Shown: positions 52,087 through 62,477, counted from the first letter of the whole stretch. The stretch: DNA of 63,955 bases, filler included, from 12 parts of 12 records of this genome joined end to end with filler, not necessarily neighbours in it, one strand, 5' to 3'. The notes: a model not told the origin generated them from the sequence alone. Numbers and translations are program-made.

Positions 52087-52212
52087 TTAGCTGGCAGCGC
52101 GAGAGATGGAGTTGCCGAGATGTTTGATGTCTTCGCCGAAACCGCGAGCGGTGTTACAGCCCGTGAGCAGCGTGCTGGCAAGCAAAACAAGAACGATAAG
52201 GCGTTTCATCAT
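52087..52212 (-). CDS. ecnA: Entericidin A lipoprotein (missed by ORF track)
   Basis: [41 protein letters not shown], 41 aa. Confidence 0.93.
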   Translation of the reverse strand: MMKRLIVLVLLASTLLTGCNTARGFGEDIKHLGNSISRAAS

Positions 52213-52263
52213 CTCTGACCTGAATAAGTGATGGTGCAGCCTGCAGGCCGCACCACAACCGCA

Positions 52264-52830
52264 TTACTTCACGCGAGAGACGTATTCACCAGAGCGGGTA
52301 TCCACTTTGATGACTTCGCCGATTTGTACAAACAGCGGAACTTTAACCACAGCGCCAGTAGACAGGGTAGCCGGTTTGCCACCAGTACCTGCGGTATCAC
52401 CTTTCAGGCCCGGATCGGTATCAACGATTTCCAGTTCAACGAAGTTCGGCGGAGTAACGGAGATCGGCTGACCATTCCACAGAGTTACGATACACTCTGC
52501 CTGATCCAGCAGCCATTTAGCGTTGTCACCAATTGCTTTTGCATCAGCAGACAGCTGCTCGAAAGTTTCGTTGTTCATGAAGTGCCAGAACTCACCGTCG
52601 TTGTACAGGTAAGTCAGGTTCATATCGACAACATCAGCGCCTTCAGCGGAATCAGTAGATTTGAAGGTTTTTTCTACGCGAGTACCGGTCAGCAGACGAC
52701 GCAGTTTAACGCGAGCAAATGCCTGGCCTTTACCCGGTTTTACGAATTCACTCGCTTCAACCGCGTAAGGTTCGCCGTCTAACATGATTTTAAGACCAGC
52801 ACGAAAATCGTTGCTATAGTACGTTGCCAT
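52264..52830 (-). CDS. efp: Elongation factor P
   Basis: 188 aa; KPGKG motif. Confidence 0.98.
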
Positions 52831-52871
52831 AAGGCCCTCTGAAATTTGTTAATTGGTAGCTAAGCCACAAA

Positions 52872-53900
52872 ATGGCGCATATTGTAACCCTAAATACCCC
52901 ATCCAGAGAAGATTGGTTAACGCAACTTGCCGATGTTGTGACCGATCCTGATGAACTTCTGCGTCTTTTGAATATAGACGCGGAGGAAAAACTGTTAGCC
53001 GGACGCAGCGCCAAAAAGCTTTTTGCCCTGCGTGTGCCCCGCTCATTTATCGATCGCATGGAGAAAGGCAATCCGGACGATCCTCTTTTGCGTCAGGTAC
53101 TTACCTCGCAAGATGAGTTTGTCATCGCGCCCGGATTCTCCACCGACCCACTGGAAGAACAGCACAGCGTAGTGCCTGGTTTGTTGCATAAATACCACAA
53201 CCGGGCGCTTTTGCTGGTCAAAGGCGGCTGCGCGGTAAATTGCCGCTATTGCTTCCGTCGTCACTTCCCCTATGCCGAAAATCAGGGCAACAAGCGTAAC
53301 TGGCAAACTGCACTTGAGTATGTTGCTGCGCATCCGGAACTGGACGAGATGATTTTCTCCGGCGGCGATCCGCTGATGGCGAAAGATCACGAGCTGGACT
53401 GGTTGCTCACACAACTGGAAGCCATCCCGCATATAAAACGTCTGCGGATTCACAGCCGTCTGCCGATTGTGATCCCGGCACGTATCACCGAGGCGCTGGT
53501 TGAATGCTTTGCCCGTTCTACGCTGCAAATCTTGCTGGTGAATCACATCAACCATGCCAATGAGGTAGATGAAACATTCCGTCAGGCGATGGCTAAGTTG
53601 CGCCGGGTAGGCGTTACTTTGCTGAACCAGAGCGTTCTGTTACGTGATGTGAACGATAACGCACAAACGCTGGCAAACCTGAGTAATGCGTTGTTCGATG
53701 CCGGCGTAATGCCGTATTACCTGCATGTGCTCGATAAAGTACAGGGCGCGGCGCATTTTATGGTGAGTGATGACGAAGCACGGCAGATTATGCGTGAGTT
53801 GCTGACACTGGTGTCGGGATATCTGGTGCCGAAACTGGCGCGAGAAATTGGCGGCGAACCCAGCAAAACGCCGCTGGATCTCCAGCTACGCCAGCAGTAA
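52872..53900 (+). CDS. epmB: Lysine 2,3-aminomutase for EF-P modification
   Basis: 342 aa; CAVNCRYC radical SAM motif. Confidence 0.97.
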   Translation: MAHIVTLNTPSREDWLTQLADVVTDPDELLRLLNIDAEEKLLAGRSAKKLFALRVPRSFIDRMEKGNPDDPLLRQVLTSQDEFVIAPGFSTDPLEEQHSVVPGLLHKYHNRALLLVKGGCAVNCRYCFRRHFPYAENQGNKRNWQTALEYVAAHPELDEMIFSGGDPLMAKDHELDWLLTQLEAIPHIKRLRIHSRLPIVIPARITEALVECFARSTLQILLVNHINHANEVDETFRQAMAKLRRVGVTLLNQSVLLRDVNDNAQTLANLSNALFDAGVMPYYLHVLDKVQGAAHFMVSDDEARQIMRELLTLVSGYLVPKLAREIGGEPSKTPLDLQLRQQ

Positions 53901-53931
53901 CTGATTAAACAGGGAAGTTAAACATTAAAAT

Positions 53932-54032
53932 TGCCTGATTCGCTACGCTTATCAGGCCTACATCGTGCATTGAAATTGAATGGATTTGCAATGAACTGTA
54001 GGCCGGATAAGGCGTTTACGCTGCATCCGGCA
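53932..54032. repeat. Inverted REP pair (BIME-like)
   Basis: REPs at 53932-53962 and 53997-54032 around an AT-rich linker. Confidence 0.88.
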
Positions 54033-54294
54033 AGAGCAACAAACGCAAGTACAGCAACCTGTCATTAAACTGGGAAGTTTAATCTTTGCCCGTTGCATAA
54101 CCTTTAATTATTCATATGCATTGCTGTTGTTACTTTTTATATAGCTAACACCAATAATTAACCTTTCTTTTCTGTTTATATAGAGTGAGTACGGCTATTT
54201 ATGTTATTTTAACAACTATTACTACCAAGCCCATTTATCTGGCTTATAAATTAAAATTAATTATTTAATTGAGAAATGGTTAGGGAGAACCTAC

Positions 54295-54337
54295 ATGGCC
54301 ATAAGCATCAAGGGTGTTAATACCGGTGTTATTCGCA
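54295..54337 (+). CDS. yjeJ: YjeJ N-terminal fragment
   Basis: MAISIKGVNTGVIR after a GGGAGA RBS; position after epmB fits K-12. Confidence 0.7.
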
Positions 54338-54453
54338 NNNNNNNNNNNNNNNNNNNNNNNNNNNNNNNNNNNNNNNNNNNNTTAATTAATTAANNNNNNN
54401 NNNNNNNNNNNNNNNNNNNNNNNNNNNNNNNNNNNNNGTCCCCGCACACGCAG

Positions 54454-54624
54454 GTCTTCATCGACCGCAACACCAACCTGTCCAAGTGCTTCGGCTTTGT
54501 GTCGTACGACAACGCGGCCAATGCCCAAGTGGCGATTCAGAGCATGAACGGCTTCCAGATCGCGGGACGCCGGCTCAAGGTCCAGGAGAAGCGTGCAGGC
54601 GACGGTGGGCCCCGGCCTTATTAA
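54454..54624 (+). CDS. Eukaryotic CELF/Bruno/CUGBP RNA-binding protein, terminal exon (RRM3)
   Basis: cgcag| [59 protein letters not shown]1 KCFGFVSY and terminal PY are typical of CELF. Confidence 0.9.
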   Translation, partial: VFIDRNTNLSKCFGFVSYDNAANAQVAIQSMNGFQIAGRRLKVQEKRAGDGGPRPY

Positions 54625-54898
54625 ACATCTCGCGAGTGGTTCTGGTTGGTGGAGTAACTGCAGAGACGGGTGTGCACACGCACATGGCATCCGATGGGAT
54701 GAGCGAAACGCAGGAGTCCTGTTTTTGAGAAGTTGGACACAAGGACTGCAGTGGGAGGGAGCGTGAAAGCTTTATAGAGAAGAGCAAGATAAATAACCGC
54801 TACACCACAATCGTACTTGGCTCCTTTGCCACGCGCAGGAAACGATACCACTACACTAGCTGATGTTTGCGCAGAAGAGGGTAAGTGTGAGTGCCCAT

Positions 54899-55457
54899 CT
54901 AAGCTGTGCTGTCTGCCTTTGGTTTATACATCCATGCTGGCAGGATGCCTGCAAGTCCTCGTCTGCGTCATCAAGAAACGGTGTGAGATGAGCACAAAAG
55001 CGAGTGAGGTAGACAGCTTCAACCAACACATTCGTACATACACAACACGTACCCGCTCTTCATTTCGTAATTAACCTTGCGCCATAGTTGAATTTGTTGC
55101 ACAGTTTCATTCGATGCGTGGCACGCAAGCAACAAGTAATTGCGTGGCTGCACCATCCAAGCAAAACGCATGAACAGACCGGAGTACACACAAAGGGCTG
55201 CACAGTTACATATTGGTAAGCACTAAACGGTATCAACGTAATAGCGCATACCTGAAGTCATCGGAGCGGAAATGATCTCTGGACTCTTTTGCATATCGGC
55301 CAATCCGGCAATAACAAATCCCCAATTTGCTATGGGACCCCAGAAATGGGCTACATTCGGAAGCAAATAGTAAGAGACATACGATGCGAATTCATTACCG
55401 CATACTCGTCTTCGGCCCAGTTGGACTGTTCCAGAACCTCGCAAAAGAGGAGGCCAT
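54899..55457 (-). CDS. MPC1: Eukaryotic mitochondrial pyruvate carrier 1, 4 exons, 119 aa
   Basis: Exons 55457-55406, 55350-55252, 55197-55053 and 54962-54899, all GT-AG and in phase; [15 protein letters not shown] and [19 protein letters not shown] motifs. The last exon is less certain. Confidence 0.9.
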
Positions 55458-55650
55458 GATCAATATTATATCAGTGCTACAATCGGCCAAAGAATACTGT
55501 GCAGTGAGCACATGCGGCTGCGCTCTTTCAGTCTTTCAATGTGTCCGCACGCCCCTCCACACTGCACAGGCTGGCTGGTGTGCGCTAATCGCGAAGCAAT
55601 TTTCAAGTGTATGTTTTCATGTTTATGCCTTTGCGTTGTTGTGTGTAGCG

Positions 55651-56036
55651 ATGAACGACACGTTCTCTCCACATAAAAGACTCCGAGGTATGCGAACACT
55701 GCGTATGAATTGTGAGGTTTGAGCTCTACAACAGATGAAGGCGATGTGGACGGAGGAGTCTCGCTCTCCAAGGCACTGGGGACTGTAATGGAGTTCATCA
55801 ACGTCCACGAGCAGTATAATCACGACGAGGTACCACTTTTGGAACGCCGATGAAGATGCCATCTGCCGTGCTTGTCGCTAACGCAGTGCGTGTCTGTGTT
55901 GCTGTAGCAGGGAATTTCGGCGGATCTGAACGATGTTTTGATGCAGTTGCTTCTGCTTGACCATATGATCAACAGCAAAATTATCGCTGAGCTGAGTGGC
56001 GAGCATCACACGGACGGCAGCCCCACAGAGCTGTGA
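55651..56036 (+). CDS. Putative small eukaryotic orphan protein, 3 exons, about 86 aa
   Basis: Exons 55651-55687, 55735-55829 and 55908-56036 join in phase through GT-AG introns; CTAAC branch site at 55878; no recognised homology. Confidence 0.5.
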
Positions 56037-56220
56037 CTCGCAGCGCGACACACAAGGACCAGCGCAGAACGAGCGGTCGATGAGCAATAGTATATGATGA
56101 TAATTCTTTTTGGATGCACAGAAACCACAAAACCGAATGGAACCAAATACACTGAATATAAACGCCAGGGCAGAGAGAAATACGAAGTGCAACGGTGTTT
56201 ATTCTAAGCGGTGTGTGACT

Positions 56221-56519
56221 TTAAGCGGTCGAGGGAGCTTCACCTGCAGCAGCGCACTGTACGTTAGATACACTGCAACACGCAGAGACACAGACACACA
56301 CGAACACGGACAGACACCGCATACATTGTGGAAACACACAGATACACGTAGCAGGACGCGGGCGTACCCTTGGACTTCTTCGCCTTGCCCTTCTTGACAG
56401 ACGTCTTGAGGAGAGCAACAATCTCGGCATCCTGCACCGTCTTCTCGCTCTACACACAATGATACAAACATGCAAATCAGGCACACAGACAGGAACAACG
56501 TACGCGAGAGGGTTCCACG
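56221..56519 (-). CDS. 3' exons of a eukaryotic gene, probably the C-terminus of the BTB-BACK gene
   Basis: Exons 56519-56504, 56449-56368 and 56243-56221 give VEPSRSEKTVQDAEIVALLKTSVKKGKAKKSKGEAPSTA*; GTACG donors; CTAAC before the last acceptor. Confidence 0.6.
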
Positions 56520-56526
56520 CTAAGTT

Positions 56527-56552
56527 ACACACACACACACACACACACACAC
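56527..56552. repeat. (AC)13 microsatellite at contig end
   Basis: Directly visible. Confidence 0.97.
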
Positions 56553-56652
56553 NNNNNNNNNNNNNNNNNNNNNNNNNNNNNNNNNNNNNNNNNNNNTTAA
56601 TTAATTAANNNNNNNNNNNNNNNNNNNNNNNNNNNNNNNNNNNNNNNNNNNN

Positions 56653-58982
56653 TTTGCCGATGGTCACGGACAGGTGATGCATAGCAACCGCGACTGGGAG
56701 GACAGCTATCGCCAGCGTTGGCAGTTCGACAAAATCGTGCGTTCCACCCACGGTGTTAACTGTACAGGCTCCTGTAGCTGGAAAATCTACGTTAAAAATG
56801 GTCTGGTGACCTGGGAAATCCAACAGACCGACTACCCGCGCACTCGCCCTGACCTGCCCAATCATGAACCTCGCGGCTGCCCGCGTGGCGCAAGTTACTC
56901 CTGGTATCTTTACAGCGCTAACCGCCTGAAATACCCGCTCATTCGTAAACGACTGATTGAACTGTGGCGCGAAGCCCTCAAGCAACACAGCGATCCGGTA
57001 CTGGCGTGGGCATCGATTATGAACGATCCGCAAAAGTGCCTGAGCTACAAACAAGTGCGTGGGCGCGGCGGGTTTATCCGCTCCAACTGGCAGGAACTAA
57101 ACCAGCTGATTGCCGCCGCTAACGTCTGGACCATCAAAACCTACGGCCCGGATCGCGTTGCCGGTTTCTCGCCGATCCCGGCGATGTCGATGGTTTCTTA
57201 CGCCGCCGGAACGCGTTATCTGTCGCTGCTTGGCGGCACCTGTTTAAGTTTCTACGACTGGTATTGCGACCTGCCGCCCGCCTCGCCGATGACCTGGGGC
57301 GAGCAAACCGACGTACCGGAATCTGCCGACTGGTATAACTCCAGCTACATCATCGCCTGGGGGTCTAACGTACCGCAGACACGTACGCCGGACGCCCACT
57401 TCTTTACCGAAGTACGCTACAAAGGCACTAAAACCATCGCCATTACCCCTGACTACTCTGAAGTGGCCAAATTGTGCGACCAGTGGCTGGCACCGAAACA
57501 AGGCACTGATAGCGCCCTGGCGATGGCAATGGGCCATGTGATTTTAAAAGAGTTTCATCTCGATAATCCCAGCGACTACTTTATCAACTACTGCCGCCGC
57601 TACAGCGACATGCCGATGCTGGTAATGCTGGAGCCTCGCGACGATGGTAGCTACGTTCCCGGGCGCATGATCCGCGCATCTGACCTGGTGGATGGACTGG
57701 GCGAAAGCAACAATCCGCAGTGGAAAACCGTAGCAGTTAATACCGCAGGTGAATTGGTAGTGCCGAACGGTTCGATTGGTTTCCGCTGGGGAGAAAAAGG
57801 CAAATGGAATCTGGAATCCATTGCCGCCGGTACGGAAACCGAATTGTCGTTAACCCTGCTCGGTCAACATGACGCTGTTGCAGGCGTGGCCTTCCCCTAC
57901 TTTGGCGGCATTGAAAATCCGCATTTTCGCAGCGTAAAACACAATCCGGTGCTGGTGCGCCAATTGCCCGTTAAAAACCTGACGTTAGTCGATGGCAACA
58001 CCTGTCCGGTGGTCAGCGTTTATGATTTGGTACTGGCGAATTACGGCCTCGATCGCGGGCTGGAAGATGAAAACAGTGCGAAAGATTACGCTGAAATCAA
58101 ACCGTACACCCCAGCCTGGGGTGAGCAAATTACCGGCGTGCCGCGCCAGTATATTGAAACCATCGCCCGTGAATTTGCCGATACCGCCCATAAAACGCAT
58201 GGGCGCTCGATGATTATCCTCGGCGCAGGTGTTAACCACTGGTATCACATGGACATGAACTACCGCGGGATGATCAATATGCTGATCTTCTGCGGTTGTG
58301 TCGGGCAAAGCGGTGGCGGCTGGGCACACTATGTCGGCCAGGAAAAACTGCGCCCACAAACCGGCTGGTTGCCACTGGCCTTTGCGCTCGACTGGAACCG
58401 ACCACCGCGCCAAATGAACAGCACCTCGTTTTTCTACAATCATTCCAGCCAATGGCGCTATGAAAAAGTCTCTGCTCAGGAGTTACTTTCACCGCTCGCC
58501 GATGCCAGTAAGTACAGCGGTCATCTGATTGATTTCAACGTTCGCGCCGAACGTATGGGCTGGCTACCTTCTGCGCCGCAGCTGGGGCGTAACCCGCTCG
58601 GGATTAAAGCTGAAGCCGACAAGGCCGGATTATCCCCCACAGAATTTACCGCCCAGGCGCTGAAATCGGGCGATTTACGTATGGCCTGCGAACAACCAGA
58701 TAGCAGCAGCAATCATCCGCGTAATTTGTTTGTCTGGCGCTCTAACCTGCTTGGCTCCTCCGGCAAAGGCCACGAGTATATGCAGAAGTATCTGCTGGGG
58801 ACCGAAAGCGGGATTCAGGGCGAGGAACTCGGTGCCAGCGACGGGATCAAACCGGAAGAAGTCGAGTGGCAAACTGCAGCGATTGAAGGCAAGCTCGACC
58901 TGCTGGTGACGCTCGACTTCCGCATGTCCAGTACCTGCCTGTTCTCCGATATCGTTCTGCCCACCGCCACCTGGTACGAAAA
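56653..58982 (+). CDS. narZ: Nitrate reductase Z alpha subunit, internal fragment
   Basis: FADGHGQVMHSNRDWEDSYRQRWQFDK (NarZ-type rather than NarG); HGVNCTGSC motif. Confidence 0.93.
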
Positions 58983-59082
58983 NNNNNNNNNNNNNNNNNN
59001 NNNNNNNNNNNNNNNNNNNNNNNNNNTTAATTAATTAANNNNNNNNNNNNNNNNNNNNNNNNNNNNNNNNNNNNNNNNNNNN

Positions 59083-59100
59083 ACACACACACACACACAC
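59083..59100. repeat. (AC)9 microsatellite at contig start
   Basis: Directly visible. Confidence 0.97.
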
Positions 59101-59257
59101 GCGTTTCTAGATATGGAACTATTAATACACAGCGACACAAGAGAAAGAATGTGGACGAGCGCACACCGCATGCGGAAACATCCCACATCTGATAATGATA
59201 ATTGCATCTATGCCATCACTGCAAACACAATCCGCAACAAAACATGTGCAGACGTAC

Positions 59258-60743
59258 ACACGCGGGATCTTCTTGCACGCATCCAGGAGCCCGACCCGCT
59301 CAAACATCCCTGACACGGCCGACCCGTAACAAAACTGCGCCACAAGCGGGTGATCGAGGACCTTATCGATGTACTCGCCGGTGATATCGCGGAAGGATAC
59401 CACTTGAAGCAGATCGGCGATTTGATCGTTGGTGAGAGGCTCTTCCTCCGCACTCTGATAGAGACGGACACACAGACACACACATACACACGAAAACATC
59501 CAATACACAAACACACACATACACGAGAGGAAAGACACATACGCAGGATCAGCATCGAAAAGAGGTCAACGCGCCACGAAAAACACACGTTTCAACCATT
59601 CACCATAAGGCCATTTCGGTGCTACTGTTCTCTAGATGATGGTTGAATTCGAGCGAAGAGGAGGAGCAGGAACGGCAAGTATATAAACACATAGAAAAGA
59701 AAAGGTATGTGTGTTTGGGGGGATTTCGCATGAAACACATACCCGCCGCGCGATGTACTCTGCCACGGCATCAAACAGAACAAACTCGGTCGCAATGCAC
59801 AGACGTTCTGACTTGATCACGCGCTCGAAAAAGTAGCAGGGCAGGTCCAGGATGCTTTCCCTCATGACCGCAAAGTTCTCCGCAAGCAGCCCACAGCACA
59901 CCACCACCACATCCTCTGTACACGGAGAGACACAAGCACACACACAAGCACACGCCACATGGAAAACGTTAAAACCACGATGGGAGCGTGAAGAATATCA
60001 GTGCCGTCTGGAGCGCAGTGCTATATCATGGCCTTCTCTTAAAGCAACACAGCGCAAATCGTACATTGCGGGATTACATAGAAGACGTGTTGTTACGTAT
60101 ACGGGACCAGCACACATATCGACGAACAGCGTCGAAATATAGTGCGCACAGATACGAACGCACCACCAACGCACGCAAGAAAAACAAAAGCACAGCGACC
60201 GAGCAGGTACCTGATTCTGGATATTGCAGCGCATTCTGCATGATATCAAACGCGTTCTCCACGGTCACAATCGTGCGCAGCTGCGAGGTGAGTAGGTCCT
60301 TCAAAGACTTGATCTGCATCTGCTCGGATAACGCGAGTACAGCAGGGATGTGCTCAAACGGAACTTGAATTTTGTTGGTATAGAGATATTGCAGCACCGA
60401 AGGGAACACGTTCAGTGGATCGGGGAAGTGAAACACCATTTCGCTGTGGCCGATCTCAGACCAAGATCCGCTCATCATCACTCCGAAGAAGTCGCACATA
60501 GATGAGAGAATCAACCTACAAAGGACCGCAGGCACTGAGCCGCACGCTCACTCTGACGATCGATGCAGAATCGTACTTGTGCACGTTGTAGCGTTTGTCC
60601 CCCACAATCAATGTGAAGTCGGAGAACTGACCGGACTCGAGCGCAGCAGAAAAGTCATACTCTACTAAATCTACCGACACGGGAGGAATGACGCGTATCG
60701 GCTTCGGCGTCTCATCTGCCGTAGTTGGTGCTACCTCCGCCAT
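59258..60743 (-). CDS. Eukaryotic BTB/POZ-BACK domain protein, exons 1-4
   Basis: Exons 60743-60577, 60515-60211, 59915-59743 and 59454-59258 join in phase; BTB motifs SDFTLIVG..HKLILS..CDFF and VLQYLYT; BACK motifs ENF..DLP..EFVLFDAV..LLQVVSF. Confidence 0.85.
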
Positions 60744-61182
60744 AGCGTTCGCAAACCACACTCGCAGAAGATATCAAGAACACAGCACGCCACGCACGGT
60801 ACTTGCCTTCAGGGAGTTTTCTGGCCTTCGGCCAACGAAGTCAGACTTTGTCTGACAGCCCCTATCGAGTCTGTTGAGGATTAAAACTCCTCTAGAAAAC
60901 CGATGTGAGTGGCTGCCGCGGAATCGTGAACACCACTCGCCCGACGCGTCCCGAACAATGACGATGAGATACCGAATCAACCTGTAGTCGAAAGCTGCTC
61001 TACACAGTCGTAAATCGCATGACAGAGGTCAATCCGGCGGACTTGGCGGCGTTTGAAGAAGTGAAGGTTATTACAGTTGACCNNNNNNNNNNNNNNNNNN
61101 NNNNNNNNNNNNNNNNNNNNNNNNNNTTAATTAATTAANNNNNNNNNNNNNNNNNNNNNNNNNNNNNNNNNNNNNNNNNNNN

Positions 61183-61942
61183 CCCGCAAAGCCGCATGGA
61201 TGGCGAATGGGATGAGCGCGATATGGTGGGCTTTGCCCGCCTGATGGCGGCGCATCGTCATGAAATCGCGGCGGTGATCATTGAGCCGATTGTCCAGGGC
61301 GCAGGCGGGATGCGCATGTACCATCCGGAATGGTTAAAACGAATCCGCAAAATATGCGATCGCGAAGGTATCTTGCTGATTGCCGACGAGATCGCCACTG
61401 GATTTGGTCGTACCGGGAAACTGTTTGCCTGTGAACATGCAGAAATCGCGCCGGACATTTTGTGCCTCGGTAAAGCCTTAACCGGCGGCACAATGACCCT
61501 TTCCGCCACACTCACCACGCGCGAGGTTGCAGAAACCATCAGTAACGGTGAAGCCGGTTGCTTTATGCATGGGCCAACTTTTATGGGCAATCCGCTGGCC
61601 TGCGCGGCAGCAAACGCCAGCCTGGCGATTCTCGAATCTGGCGACTGGCAGCAACAGGTGGCGGATATTGAAGTACAGCTGCGCGAGCAACTTGCCCCCG
61701 CCCGTGATGCCGAAATGGTTGCCGATGTGCGCGTACTGGGGGCCATTGGCGTGGTCGAAACCACTCATCCGGTGAATATGGCGGCGCTGCAAAAATTCTT
61801 TGTCGAACAGGGTGTCTGGATCCGGCCTTTTGGCAAACTGATTTACCTGATGCCGCCCTATATTATTCTCCCGCAACAGTTGCAGCGTCTGACCGCAGCG
61901 GTTAACCGCGCGGTACAGGATGAAACATTTTTTTGCCAATAA
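61183..61942 (+). CDS. bioA: DAPA aminotransferase, 5'-truncated
   Basis: [21 protein letters not shown] and HGPTFMGNP motifs. Confidence 0.96.
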
Positions 61943-62000
61943 CGAGAAGTCCGCGTGAGGGTTTCTGGCTACACTTTCTGCAAACAAGAAAGGAGGGTTC

Positions 62001-62477
62001 ATGAAACTCATCAGTAACGATCTGCGCGATGGCGATAAATTGCCGCATCGTCATGTCTTTAACGGCATGGGTTACGATGGCGATAATATTTCACCGCATC
62101 TGGCGTGGGATGATGTTCCTGCGGGAACGAAAAGTTTTGTTGTCACCTGCTACGACCCGGATGCGCCAACCGGCTCCGGCTGGTGGCACTGGGTAGTTGT
62201 TAACTTACCCGCTGATACCCGCGTATTACCGCAAGGGTTTGGCTCTGGTCTGGTAGCAATGCCAGACGGCGTTTTGCAGACGCGTACCGACTTTGGTAAA
62301 ACCGGGTACGATGGCGCAGCACCGCCGAAAGGCGAAACTCATCGCTACATTTTTACCGTTCACGCGCTGGATATAGAACGTATTGATGTCGATGAAGGTG
62401 CCAGCGGCGCGATGGTCGGGTTTAACGTTCATTTCCACTCTCTGGCAAGCGCCTCGATTACTGCGATGTTTAGTTAA
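62001..62477 (+). CDS. ybhB: PEBP/RKIP-family protein
   Basis: 158 aa; DPDAPTGSGWWHW motif. Confidence 0.95.
   Translation: MKLISNDLRDGDKLPHRHVFNGMGYDGDNISPHLAWDDVPAGTKSFVVTCYDPDAPTGSGWWHWVVVNLPADTRVLPQGFGSGLVAMPDGVLQTRTDFGKTGYDGAAPPKGETHRYIFTVHALDIERIDVDEGASGAMVGFNVHFHSLASASITAMFS

Noticed and set aside
55327-56550. ORF-track peptides rich in C/V or H/T in the eukaryotic contigs
   Set aside because: Translations of (TG)n/(CA)n intron sequence; spliced models explain the region better
59543-59631. Extra exon in BTB intron 3 (AG..GTATGT-flanked block)
   Set aside because: 89 nt, frame-breaking, with an in-frame TGA; exons 3 and 4 already join in phase into a continuous BACK domain
54438-61082. 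Eukaryote-to-E. coli gene transfer, or narZ inserted in a eukaryotic locus
   Set aside because: Every prokaryote/eukaryote junction is a linker; no contiguous chimeric sequence exists
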